Part shown: positions 26,801-38,337 of the stretch, piece after piece
Position numbering within the stretch: position 1 is the first letter of the stretch
Layout of the letters: each line of letters opens with the position of its first letter
DNA from: Cyanophora paradoxa CCMP329
Lineage: Eukaryota > Plantae > Glaucophyta
Assembly: GCA_004431415.1 (NCBI GenBank)
Contig: QPMI01000027.1
Location: 1 to 64,000, forward strand
Reading direction: 5' to 3'
DNA length: 64,000 nt
The notes under the pieces: generated by a model
What the model was told of the DNA's origin: nothing
Database searches by the model: none
What the model saw: the letters and a program-made list of their open reading frames with translations, nothing else
Made by a program: the position numbers and the translations under genes

Positions 26801-29800
26801 GGAGAGCTACCTGGCGGCGGCGACCGTCACCGCCCTCTACGACGCCATCCTCCACCGGTCCGCCCCCGCCGCCCCCGCCCCCCGCCCCCGGCGCGACGCC
26901 CGCCCCGCGGTGGCCGGGGCTGAGGGGCGGGCGGGGCGGGGGCAGCTGGGAGGGCGACTTCAAGGAGCTCCCCGACGTGCGCGCCCCCGCCGGCGCTGCC
27001 CGGCCGCCTGCAGCTGCCCGCAGCGGGGGGCGCTGAGGGGGCGCCGGCGGCAGGTGATGCGCCTCGTCGCCGTCTCCCGCTACGGCCTCACCGAGGAGGA
27101 GCTGATGAGCCTCCTCGCCCTCCCCGCCGCCCGCTGGTGCGCTGGCCGCCCCGAGGGGAGCCGGGCGAGCCGCGGCGGCTGACGGCGGCGCGGGGGCAGG
27201 TCGCCGCTGCACTCGTCGATCGCCGACTCGATGGTCGTCCGCTCCGGCTGCCTCAACTTCTTCCACAAGGCCCCCGCGCCCCGCCCCCGCCCCGCTCGGC
27301 CCCTCTGAGCGCCAGCGCGCAGTTCATCGCGGAGGCGGTGGCGCAGCGCTACCTGCGGGGCGGGCAGCCGGAGCGCCTCCGCGTCCACCGCGTCCGCCCC
27401 CGCCGCCCCGGCCCCCGCACCCCGCCCCCGCCCCCGAGCCCGCCCCGCCCCGCCCCGCAGCTCCTCGCCGACTTCTTCCAGCGCCAGCCGATGAGTGCGC
27501 GCGGCGCCGGCCCGCCGCGGGGCGGCGGGGCGCCGACTGCGGGGCGCGCGGCGCGCAGGCGAGCGGCGGGTGCAGGAGCTGCCGTACCACCTCGCGAGCA
27601 TCCGGGACATGCCGCGCCTGGCCGACTGCCTCTCGTGCGCGGCGGCCTGAGCGAGGAGGAGGGCGGGGGGCGTGCGCCGGGGGCTGAGGGGGCGGGCAGG
27701 GACCTGGAGGTCTTCTCGGCGCTCTACAAGGAGAGCACGGTGTTCGAGCTGTGGGACTACTGGCGCAGGGTCGGCGAGGCGGCGAGCCTGGTCGAGTGCT
27801 ACCGCAGGCGCCTCGACGAGTTCGAGAGGAGGAACGCGGGGGAGCCGCTGGCGCGCCCCCCTCCCTCCTCCCGCCTGCGGGGCGCCTGACGCGGGGGCGG
27901 CGCAGCGGCTGGCGAACCTGCTGGTGAAGGTGGGGCAGTTCATCGACGAGACGGGCAAGTACGACCAGGTCATGGTCCGCCCCGGGGCGGCACCTGCGGC
28001 CCCCGAGCGCCGGCTCACGGGGCGGGGCCCGCAGCCCTTCTACGAGCGCTCCCTCGGCATCCTCCGGAGCGCCCCCGGCGGGGAGGTCGACCGCCAGGCC
28101 CGCCCCGCCCCGCCCCGCTCCCCGCCTTGGCGCTCACCTCTGCGCAGGCGGTGGCGGCGGTGATGTCGGAGATGGCGAAGCTGCAGTGCCGCCTGGGCCG
28201 CACCGCCGACGCCGTGCGCCGCGGCCCGGAAGGCGACCTTGCGCGGGGGGGCGGGGCCCTGAGGTGGCGGGGGCGGGCGGGGGCAGGTGCCGCTCTTCGA
28301 GCAGTCGCTGGCGATGGCGGAGGAGACTTTCGGGGGCGACCACGAGGAGGCGCCCCCGCCGCCCCCGCCCCCCCTCTAGCACGCCCAGCCCGCTCCACAG
28401 AGGCTCCTCACAGGACTTTCTCGCGCTGCCTCGCTCGCGGCCTGAGGCGGGGCGGCCGCGCGCGGCCTCGCAGGTGGCGTTCGTGCTCAACAACCTCGGG
28501 ACGGCGTACCAGGAGCTCCGCGACTACGACCGCGCCATCCCCTTGTCCGCCCCCCGGGTGAGCCGCGGCGGCGGGGCGGGGGCCGAGGGGCGGGCGGGGC
28601 AGGTTCCAGCGGGCGCTGGCGATCTACGAGGGGCGGCGGGGGGCGGAAGACCCGTCGGTGGCCCGCGCCGTGGCCAACCTCGCCCTCGTCTACTCCGACC
28701 AGGCGCCCCCGGCCCCGGCCCCGCCCCGCCGGCGGAGCTGCCCGCACGCGAGCCCCGCTGACGCGCCCCCGCCGCAGTCGCGCTACGAGGAGGCCCTCGC
28801 GAGCTACTCGGTGCGGGCTGGGCCCGAAGGCCCCGCGCCGCAGGGGGCGCCGGGGCGGGGCTGAGGGGGCGGGCGGGGGCAGCGGGCGCTGCGGATCTGG
28901 GAGGAGGCGCTCGGCAAGGAGCACCCTGAGGTCGCCAGGTCCGCCCCGCCCACCGCCCTGCCCTCCCGCGCCCAGGCCCACGCGCCGGCAGCGTGCTGAA
29001 CAACATGGCCCTCATGTACCACTCCGAGAAGAAGTGCGGGAGTGTTCTCCGCTGGGCGGCCGCCGTGCGCGCCGGAGGGCCTGATGCGGGGGCGGGGCGG
29101 CAGGTACGGGGAGGCGGTGCCGCTGTACCTGCGCTCGCTGAGGATCAAGGAGGCGTACCTGGGGCGGGAGCACCCCTCCGTCGGCACCGCCTACAACAAC
29201 CTCGGCCTCGTCTACAAGCCCGCCCCCGGCCCCGCCCCGGCCCCGCCCCTGCCCCCGCCGCTGACGGGGCGGGGCGGGGCGGGCAGGGACCAGGAGCGGT
29301 ACGAGGAGGCGCTGGGGGCGATGCGGCGCGCCCTCGACATCTGGCGCGCCTCCTTCGGCGACGGTCCGCCCGCCCACAGCCGCCCTGCCCGCGCCGCCCC
29401 GCTGAGGGGCCGGGGGCGGGGGCAGAGCACCCCGACGTGGCGCTTGCGTACAAGAACATTGGCAACCTGCACAAGAAGCAGCAGCAGGCCGGCCCCGGCC
29501 CCGGCCCCGCCGCCGCCGCCGCCTCGGGCCTGACGGGGGGCCGGCGCTGGGGCGCGCAGATTGGGGAGGCGCTGGAGGCTTACAAGGCGTCGCTGCGCAT
29601 CCTCCAGAAGCTGCACGGGCCCGAGCACCCTAACGTGCGCCGGCCCCGCCCCGCCCTCGCCGGCCGGCTGGAGCGGGGCGGGGCGGGCAGGTGCGGAAGC
29701 TGGGGGCGACGGTGGCGCTGCTCGTCGGCCTCGTCGACCGCGCGCGCTCCGGCTCCACCCTCTCCTCCTCCGGTGCCCCGCCCCGCCCCCGCCCCCGCCC

Positions 29801-31109
29801 CTCCAGCGCGCCGCCGCCGCGGGGCGGGGCGGGGCTGACGCGTGGCGGCGGGGGCGCAGCGGCCGGCCTCACGCTGAACGCCTCGTCGGCCTCCATCGAC
29901 CCGGGCTCCCCGGGGCCCCTCTCCGCCTCCAGTGCCCCCGCCCCCGCACGCGCCGCCTCCCGCCGCCGGCGGCTGCTCTGACCGGCGCGGCGGGGGCGGC
30001 GGGGGCAGGCAACACGCTCAACACGAGCGTCGCGTCGGACGAGACGGCCCCCAGGAAGCCGCCCGGCGCCTTCAGCGGCCTCCTCGCCACCGCCACCAGC
30101 GGCCCCACCCCCAGGTGCCCGCGCTTGGATGGCGGGGAGGGAGGGGTAGGTGGCCCCCGGGGGCCCGCGATCTGACGCTGTGGGCCGCCCCGCAGCCCCG
30201 CATCGCCGGGGGCCGGGGAGCACGCTGGCGGCCCCCGCGGCGGGCGGCGTGCCGGCCTCGGCGCTCCTCAACAAGCGGGCGTCGGGCACGAGCCTCGCGC
30301 CGCTCTCCGTCTCGGAGCCCTCGCCCCGCGCCGCCCCGGCCCCTCGCCGGCGCAGCAGGCGAGCGGGGCGGCGGGGCGGTGGGGGCCGTGCCCTCCCCGG
30401 GGCCGGCCTCGCGGACGCCCACGTCGCCCGCCTCGGAGAACGTCTTCTTCACCTTCAACAGCGTCCCACCCCCGCCGCCCCGGCGCGCCCCGTCCAGGCC
30501 CGCACCGGCTCCTCCGCCCAGCTGCCGCCCCGGCAGCTGACGCCGGAGCGGGAGCGCGGGGGAGCAGCGAGGCGCCGCGCACGCCGACGAGCGCGCGGCG
30601 GCCGTCGCTCGAGGTCGACGTCGCGGGGGGCCGGCCCTCCGCGGAGCTCCCCCGCCGCTCCTCCCTCGGGGCCACCTCCCCGTCGCCCGCCGGCCCTCCC
30701 TCGGCGGGGGCGGGGCGGGGCCAGGCGGCTGCCGACGCCCACGGGGGCGCCCCGGGGCCATCCAGCCGGCGGGGTCAGCCCCCGCGCGGACCTCGCCCGT
30801 CGCCTCGGCCTCCAAGTCGCTCTCGCCGCCCCGGGCCGCGCCTCGAGCACGCCCGGCAGCGCGCGCCCCTCGAGCAGCGGCGGCGCGGAGAGGGGCGCCC
30901 CGGCGCCGGCGCTGGCGGCCGTGCCGCGCCTCGGGAGCTCGGGGGCGATGACGCCGGGCTCGGAGCGGGCCGCCTCGGAGCGGGGGCCGCCGGGGCGCAG
31001 CAGCAAGCTCAAGGCCGACGCGGTGCGCGCCGGGGGGCCCAAGGCGAGCCCCTTCGCCCCGCGCCGCGGCAGCCTCGTGCCCCTCCCCGCCAAGGGCGCC
31101 AAGCGGTAG
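23896..31109 (+). CDS. DUF4062 + STAND/NACHT-like NTPase + TPR protein (NPHP3/TEP1-like), about 43 introns
   Basis: Spliced VRVFVSSTFR|DM|KEDRD...FVSIDLRWGVT...CLDE|IDKCRPYFVGILG|MRYGW (DUF4062). Walker A LGEAGAGKSAFIA, Walker B LVL|DALDQL, and kinesin-light-chain-type TPRs (EHPSVGTAYNNLGLVY). N-terminus MGCSCS. Confidence 0.88.
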
Positions 31110-32094
31110 CCCCCGCCCCCGGCCGCCAGTCTCTAGCACCTGCCAGCTCGAGGTCTCAACTTTGCGTTCCGCGCCGCGGCGCGGCGTCTGCCCACAGCGA
31201 GTCGTGAGGGGTGCGATGGAATTCGCCGGGGGCGGGGGTACCTCAGTGATCCAGTGACTCTAGGACCCGGGAGGCTCGGGGGAAGCAGCAGCTCTCCCCG
31301 GCGTGCAGCTCCGAATTCTAGATCTCGAAGTTTGCTGGTGCCTCCCAGAGCCTCGGAGTTCGCAGCCTCCTCGGATTGCATGTGCATGCCGCCGCATCGC
31401 GCACGTATACGTAGCTGGCAGGCTGCCAGGCTGTTCGAGTCCTCGTAGGAGAAGTCTCGGGTCAGCTCTCAGAGTCTAGTTCTAAATCTCTCAGACTAAA
31501 TGGGGAGGTGCAGGGGGGCTTGCCCCCCTGTTTGTCATGCCCATGAGAAACTCGAGAGCTCACTGAGTTCGAGTCAGCTGGCAGGGCAGCTCTCGAGCTC
31601 ATGATCAGGGTTTCGAGGTCTCCAGACTTACGTCGACGTCGAATCGAAATTCCCGGAGTCCGATCGCGAGTCCTCGAACTCAACCTTTGTCGGTGCCGCA
31701 GCACCAAGGTGCGCATGCCACGGTCCTCGAATCATGAGGGGGCCCTGAGCGGGAGGCAGGAGTCTGCGCATCACGACACACCTAGTCCTCGGCGGCGCGG
31801 CGAGGCTCGGCGCTCGTAGCTCGGCGGCCCCCGGTTCTATCGCCCTCCCGAGCTCGAGAAGCCGACGCCCCCAGAGTCCCAGGCCCGCTACGCGCTCGAA
31901 TCGAACGAAACTGCCGGTTTGCAAGCGCAACAGTCGAGTACGCGAGCGCTCTCCGCTGCATCGAAGTTTCGAGTGCGCGCGAGCGGGCCAGCATGATCGA
32001 TCGCATCGCAAGGGCGATTCTTGTCCGTGATGATTCTTTGTTGGATTCAACTGCACAAACGGAGGGGATAGATTGCGTCCCCGGCGGCGCCGGC

Positions 32095-35000
32095 TCACTT
32101 TTTGGCGCGCTTCTGCTCGGGGCGGTCAGCTCGGGGGGGGGGCAGAGAGGGGAAAGAAGGGCGACGCACCCCGCCGGCCCCCGCGGCGGCGGCGCCGTCG
32201 GACTCTTTCCGCTTGGCGCCGGTGGCCGAGCCGCCGGACTTGCGGGCGTCGGCGGAGGAGTCGCGGGCGCTGGCGCGCTTGCCCTTGCCCTCCTCCTCGT
32301 CGTCCTCTGCCTCCTTCTCGATCAGCTTCACCAGCTGCTCGAACCGCCGGCTGCGCGCGGGGCGCGGTCCCGCCCACGTCGGGGGGCGCTGGGGCGCTGC
32401 GCTGCGGGCGGGGCGGGGCGGGCGGCACCAGAGCTCGAGGGGCGTGCGGCTCTTCATGTAGTAGTCGAAGCGGAACTGGGGCGCCTTGCGGACCTGCGGG
32501 GCGGGGCGGGGCGGGGCGGGGTGAGAGGGGGCGGGGCGGGGGGCGGGGCCGGGGGCGGGGCGGGGCCCGGGCCTCGTTCTTGATGAGCTCCCACTCGCCG
32601 AAGCCGTGCTGGGCAACCGCCGTGAGGAGGAAGCGGTCCTCGTCCTGCCCCCCACGTCAGCCGCCCGGCCCGGCGCGGGGCGGGGCGGGGCGGGGCGGGG
32701 GCGCCTCGGTGAAGGTCTTGCCGCGGCTGCTCCCGTACGCGATCTTGAGCTCCTGCGAGGGCCCCCCCGCCGGGCTCGGCGCGGGGCGCGGGCAACGGCG
32801 CGGGGCGAAGCAGGCAGGCGGACGTGGAGGGGGTTGCGGTAGCGGGCGACCTTGGCCCGCACGATCTCCATCATCTCGTCCCGCCGCCGCAGCTTCTGCT
32901 CCCCTGCGCCCCCCCGCCCGTGAGACGGGGCGGAGCGAGGCAGGCGGCCTGCGGGCCGACGCGCCCTTCTCGATCTGCTTGATGATCTTCTCGTAGTCGG
33001 CGATCTCCTGGTAGCGCTTCCAGAAGACCTTGTGGTACTCGCGGACCTGCGGGGCGCTCGGGCGGGGCGGGCGGGGGCGGCTGGGGCGGGGCGGGCGGGC
33101 CTCCTCGGGGGTCTTCCCCTCGACCTCCTTGGAGACGTCCTCGATGTCCTTGCGCCCGTACTTCTCGCACGCCCGGATGTACGCTGCGGGGAGCAGCCTC
33201 TTTGAGCGCCCCGCGGGGCGGGGACGGGGGAGGCTAGGGGCCCCGCGCACCCTGGAAGTCGCGCTTCGACCAGTCGCGGAAGCCGTCCTGCATCAGCGCC
33301 TCCCGCTCCGCCCGGTCCTCCTCCGTGAAGGGCGGCGGGGGCGCCCGCTCCGCCCCCTCCGACGGCGTCGGGCTCGCCCGCGCCGCCCCCGCCCCCTTCT
33401 CCTCCTCCTTCGACGCCCGCCCGCCCTTGCGGCCCCCGGCGGCCCCCTTCTTTCCCCCCGCCGGCGCCGCCGAGCTGCGCGCCGCGTCGGCCCCCGCTCG
33501 GCGTGCCCCCCTGCGGCAGGCAGGGGAGGGGGCACCTGGTGCTCGGGGTGGGCGAGGGGGAGGGGCGCGGGCCGTCCGCCGCCTCCTCCGCCTCCTTCTT
33601 CACCTCGGGGGCGCCCTCCTCCTGCGCCCGCCGGGCCCGTTAAAAGGGGCGCCCCGCTGGCCCACGGGGGAGGCGCCCACCCGCTTCACGTCGGGCCCGT
33701 CCTCCTTCTTGGGGGCCCCCTCACCCTCGGGCGCCGGCGTCGAGTTGGAGGCGCGGCCGTCGGCCCCCTCGCCATCCCCCGCCGGCGTGCTCTGCGCCAG
33801 CCGCTTGTTCCACTGCTCCAGCTCGTACTGGTACACCGCCAGCTCCTTCCGGTACAGCTCGTCCAGCCGCTGCCCGCCCCCCGCCGCGTCGGCGGGCGAG
33901 CGGGCGGGCCGGCGGGGCCGGCGGGCGCTGGGGCGCACGGCCTTGTTGAAGAACTGGAAGTCGTAGACGGGCGGCTCGCGCGGCTGCTTGGGCCCCCCCT
34001 TGGGCTTCGACGGGCCCTCCGCTGACCGCTGCCGGTTCTCGGAGTAGGTCCCCACCTTGCGCTCCCGCTTCGGCGGCTCGATCCACAGGTTGCCGCTGCC
34101 CCAGCGGCCCCGCTGCGACCGCCTCGGCCCCCGCATGCGCGGGAGGGACGGGAGGGGCGGCGGGGCCGGCCGGCGCACCCCCGGGCGCGTGTAGTCAACG
34201 CCCTCGAAGGTCTGGAAGCCGGTGCCGCCGTCGGTGGAGAAGGTGAGGAGGCTGTGGGGCGGGAGGAGACTCGGCGGGCGCGGGGCGGGCGGGGAAGCGG
34301 GATGGGAGGGCGGGCACCTGGACTCGCCCATGTTGGCGAACTTGGACTCGAGCTCCGCCGACTTGGTCGTCCCCTTGTTCAGGATCTCGTCGATCCCCTC
34401 CTCTGCCGCCCCGCCCCGCTCAGGCCGGGGGGCGGGGGGAGGGAGGCGGGAGTACCGGAGATGGAGGCGTCGCCGGCGCGGAAGATGGCCTCGGCGCCGT
34501 GGCGCACCATGTCGAGGAGGGCCCCCTTGGTGAGCGCTGCGGGGGCGAGCGTCACGCGGCGCGCCGGCGGGCGCGCAGGCCGGGGGCGCACTCTTCGCCT
34601 GGTCGGGGAGGCGCCCCTGCTGGATGACCACCTGGTCGAGCCGCAGCTGCGCGCGAGGCCCGCCTCGTTCCCTCGCCCCGGGCGCCCCCGAGGCGCCCGC
34701 CCCGCACCTTCATCTCGGCGCGCTCGATGATCTTCTCCTCGATCGTCCCCTCCGTCACCAGCCGGTACACCGTCACCGGCTTCGTCTGCCGGGGGGGGTA
34801 AGGCGCCGGGGGGGGGGCGGGCGGGGCGGAGTCGCGGGGTGCGCGCCTGGCCGATGCGGTGGGCGCGGTCCTGTGCCTGGAGGTCGACCTGGGGGTTCCT
34901 GCGGGGCGGTCGGCCCCCGCCGGCGCCGGCGAGGAGGGGGCGGGAAGAGAGGGCCGGGGGCACCAGTCGGAGTCGTAGAGGACGACGATGTTGGCGGTGG

Positions 35001-37857
35001 CGAGGTTGATGCCGAGGCCGCCGGCGCGCGTCGAGAGCAGGAACAGGAACTTGCTCGAGCTGCCCCGCCCCCGCTCGGCGCCGCTCGACCCGCCGGGGCG
35101 GGGCGGGGCGGGGCGCGGACTCGGGGGCGTTGAACTCGGCCACGGAGCGCTCGCGCACGTCGCCGTCCGTGTCTCCGTCGATGCGGCAGTACTGCCCCCC
35201 GGCGCCGCCCGTCAGAGAGAGCGGCGCGGGGGGCGGTGCGGCGCGGGGGCGGGGACCTCGTAGCCGCGGAACTCGCAGTAGTCCTGCAGGATGTCGAGCT
35301 GGCGGGCGGGCGGGCGGCGTCAGGCGGCGCGCCGGGCGGGCTGGGGAGGGGTGTGCGGGCGGCGCACCATGCGGGTCATCTGGGAGAAGATGAGGACGCG
35401 GTCGCCGGTCTCCCTCAGGCGCTTCAGCAGCTTGTCCAGCAGCACCATCTTGCCTGAGGCAGCCGCCGCCCCCGCCGCGCGTCGGCGGGGGGCGAGGGGG
35501 GCGCGAGGAGGGAGGGGCGGGGCGGGGCACCGCAGTTCTCCACGATGTGCTCGGCGGTGACATAGACGCCGTTGAACTTGGGCTCCACCCCGTCGAAGAG
35601 GTACGGGTGGTTGCAGACCTGCGCGGGCGCTCGAGGGGGCGGGGCGGGGGGCGGGGCAAAAAAGGGCGGGGGGCGGGCCTTGCGGAGCTGCATGAGGATG
35701 TTGAGGAGGCGGACGCGGTCGCTGCCGACGCCGTTGACGGCCTCGAGGTCGCGCTGCAGGATCTTCATGTAGAGGTCCCCTGCCCCCCGCCCCGCCCCCG
35801 TCAGCCCCACACGCCCCGCCCCGCCCCGCCCCGCCCCGCCTGCCCGCGCACGCTGGGCGGCTGTGTAGCCGACGTAGAGCTGCATCACCTTCTTGGGCGG
35901 CAGGCTCTTCTCCACCTCCACCTGCGCCCCGGCGCGTCGCCCGGCAGGCGGGGGGCGGAGGGCGTGCGGGGGGGCGGGCCTTGAGGCGGCGGAGGAGGAA
36001 GGGGCGGAGGACCTTGTGCAGCTGCGCCACGGCCTCCGTCTCGAAGCCCGTGCCGATGTTGAACCTGCGCGGGGGCTCGGACGGTGGCGGGGCGGGGGGG
36101 GGGGGGCGCCCCGGCGGCGAAGAGAGCGGACCACTCGTCGAAGTCCTCTGCGGAGCCGAAGATCTCGGGGAGAAGGAAGTTGAGGAGGGCCCAGAGCTCG
36201 CGCAGGTTGTTTTGCAGCGGCGTCCCCGTCAGCAGCAGCCGGCACTGCGTGTTGAACGTCCGCACGACCCGCGAGAGCACGCTCTTCTCGTTCTTGATCC
36301 GGTGCGCCTCGTCGATGATGATGTACCGCCACGTCCACTGCGCCCCGCCGGCTCAGAGGAGACGAGGGGGCGGGGCGGGGGTACGGGGGCGGCGCGCCCG
36401 CTTGAGGGCGCCCTTCTCCTTGATGGCGACTTCGTAGGTGGTGCAGACGACATCGAACTTGCCGGCGTTGATCTCCTCCCGGATCCCCTCCTGCCCGCCC
36501 CCGCTCGGCCCGGCGGGGCGGGGCGGGGCGGGGCGGGGCGGGGCGGGGCGCACGCGCTCCTCCTGCGTGCCGTGGAACTTGATGACGTTCAGGGACGGGC
36601 ACCAGCGCTTCAGCTCGTTGCACCAGTTGAACAGCGTCGACTTGGGCGTGATCACCTGCGCGCCAGCGAGTCAGCGAGTCCGACCATGCCGCTCGCTGCG
36701 AGCACGGCCGGCGCACGAGATGCGGCCCGCGAACGTTCTTGTAATCCTTGAGGAAAGCCAAGAGCGAGATCGTCTGCAGCGTCTTGCCCAGACCCTGCGA
36801 GGAACGCGGCGGCACGTCGGCGGCGCGAACGAGGAGGGGAAGCCCGGTGAAGGGCGAACCATCTCATCAGCCAGGATCCCGTTGATGCCGTTCTCGTAGA
36901 GGCGAATGAGCCAGTTGAGGCCCTCGAGCTGGTACGCGCGCATCTGACCGGTGATGCCTGCGCCGGCGCCGGCGTCGCGACGGGCGGTCCAGAAGGCGGG
37001 CGGGCGGTCACAGGAGCAGAGCCGCGCACTGGGCGGCTGGGCGGTCAGGCGGGTGTGGTGCTGCGTCGCCGGCTCCTCCTCCTCGAGCACTTCCTTCACA
37101 AGCTCCTCATCCTCCTCCTCTTCCGCGATGCGCCCGCGCTTCCGCTTCTCACCCCTGCATCAAAGAACGCGCGCGCGACGTCAACAGAACCGCGGGGCGG
37201 CGCAGCGGCGCGGGGCGGCCGCGGCGCGGGGGCGTACTTTGCCGGCTGCTCGTTGTGCTTCTTCTTCATGAAGTGCCCGTAGAGCTCTGTCTGGTCCAGC
37301 AAGTACTTGAGACGATTCCGCGCCGTGGAAGCCTGCATTTTGTTTGTGGCGGGTGGGGTGGACATCGGTTTGCGGCGGTATACGCGACGGCGGGGACGAT
37401 CCGACAGCTGAGCGAACCTTATCGGCGTCGACTTCCTTTGCAACCGCTGCCTGTTGCGCGTCCTCCTCCGCCTTCTTAGCTTCTTTCTTCTTCTTCGCCT
37501 CCAGGCGCTTCCGCGCCGCGGCAGACATCTGCGGGGCATCGGTTGCCGGGGTCTGCTTGCCCTGCACGGAAGGAAGCGCTTCAGGGAAGCGGCAGCGAGA
37601 GCGCGCGCCACACTCGAGAACCCACGCGCCTCGCTAGCGCCGTCCTCCCCGCCATCATCGAGCTCCTCGAGCGCCCGCAGCTCCTCCTCGTCCTCGAGCT
37701 CCTCATGCTTTGGCGCGTCGGGCATCTCCGCGTCGCTCGCCTGGTTCGCGGGAAAGCGGTGGTTTGAATGAGGGAGGAAGGGCGGCGTGGGTGAACGCAA
37801 TTCGGGCACGCTCTGCGACATAATGGAGCTCACCGAAGCGGCCGCCGCGTCCGCCAT
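32095..37857 (-). CDS. ISWI: ISWI/SNF2H chromatin-remodelling ATPase (SMARCA5/CHR11-like)
   Basis: [20 protein letters not shown]|[59 protein letters not shown], and HAND-SANT-SLIDE peptides ([18 protein letters not shown]). Confidence 0.96.
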
Positions 37858-38337
37858 CGATTTTCGCCCGCGCAGACCCGGGTACGCACGACGACCGTCG
37901 AAATCTGTACCCCAAGTCTTCCATTCGAAATCGCGAGATCGCGTCGGGAGAAGCCCTGGGACCACGTGCGTGGGCGAAGGCTATCAATTGCAAAGCGAGC
38001 ATTTCAACGCTTCCTCCACCGATGCGACGCCGATCGCGAGACAGTCAGGCATTGATGCGATTGCGTACCCCGGGGAGGTGAGATGCGACCGAACATCGAT
38101 CAAATTTTGTTTTTTTTTAAGGACCGGAACGAACGCGCACGCAACGCTTGTTTGCGCCACGAGCACGCGCGCTGGGCGCTTCAACGGAGAGAGCGCGAAG
38201 CAAATCAAACGTTAGCGTTCCTTGAGCGAAGCAGAGCGCGCGTTCCAGCTAAAGCCCCAGCCTCGAATCCGAGCCCAATTCGAACAGGCGCGCGCGCGAG
38301 CTCGGCCGCGGCACGCGAAAAAGCGGCGGCGCGCGCG

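Noticed and set aside
23896-37857. Introns as a young introner (transposon-derived) family
   Set aside because: The introns share composition and short motifs but no alignable sequence or TSDs that I can see. An all-vs-all BLAST would be needed to revisit this.
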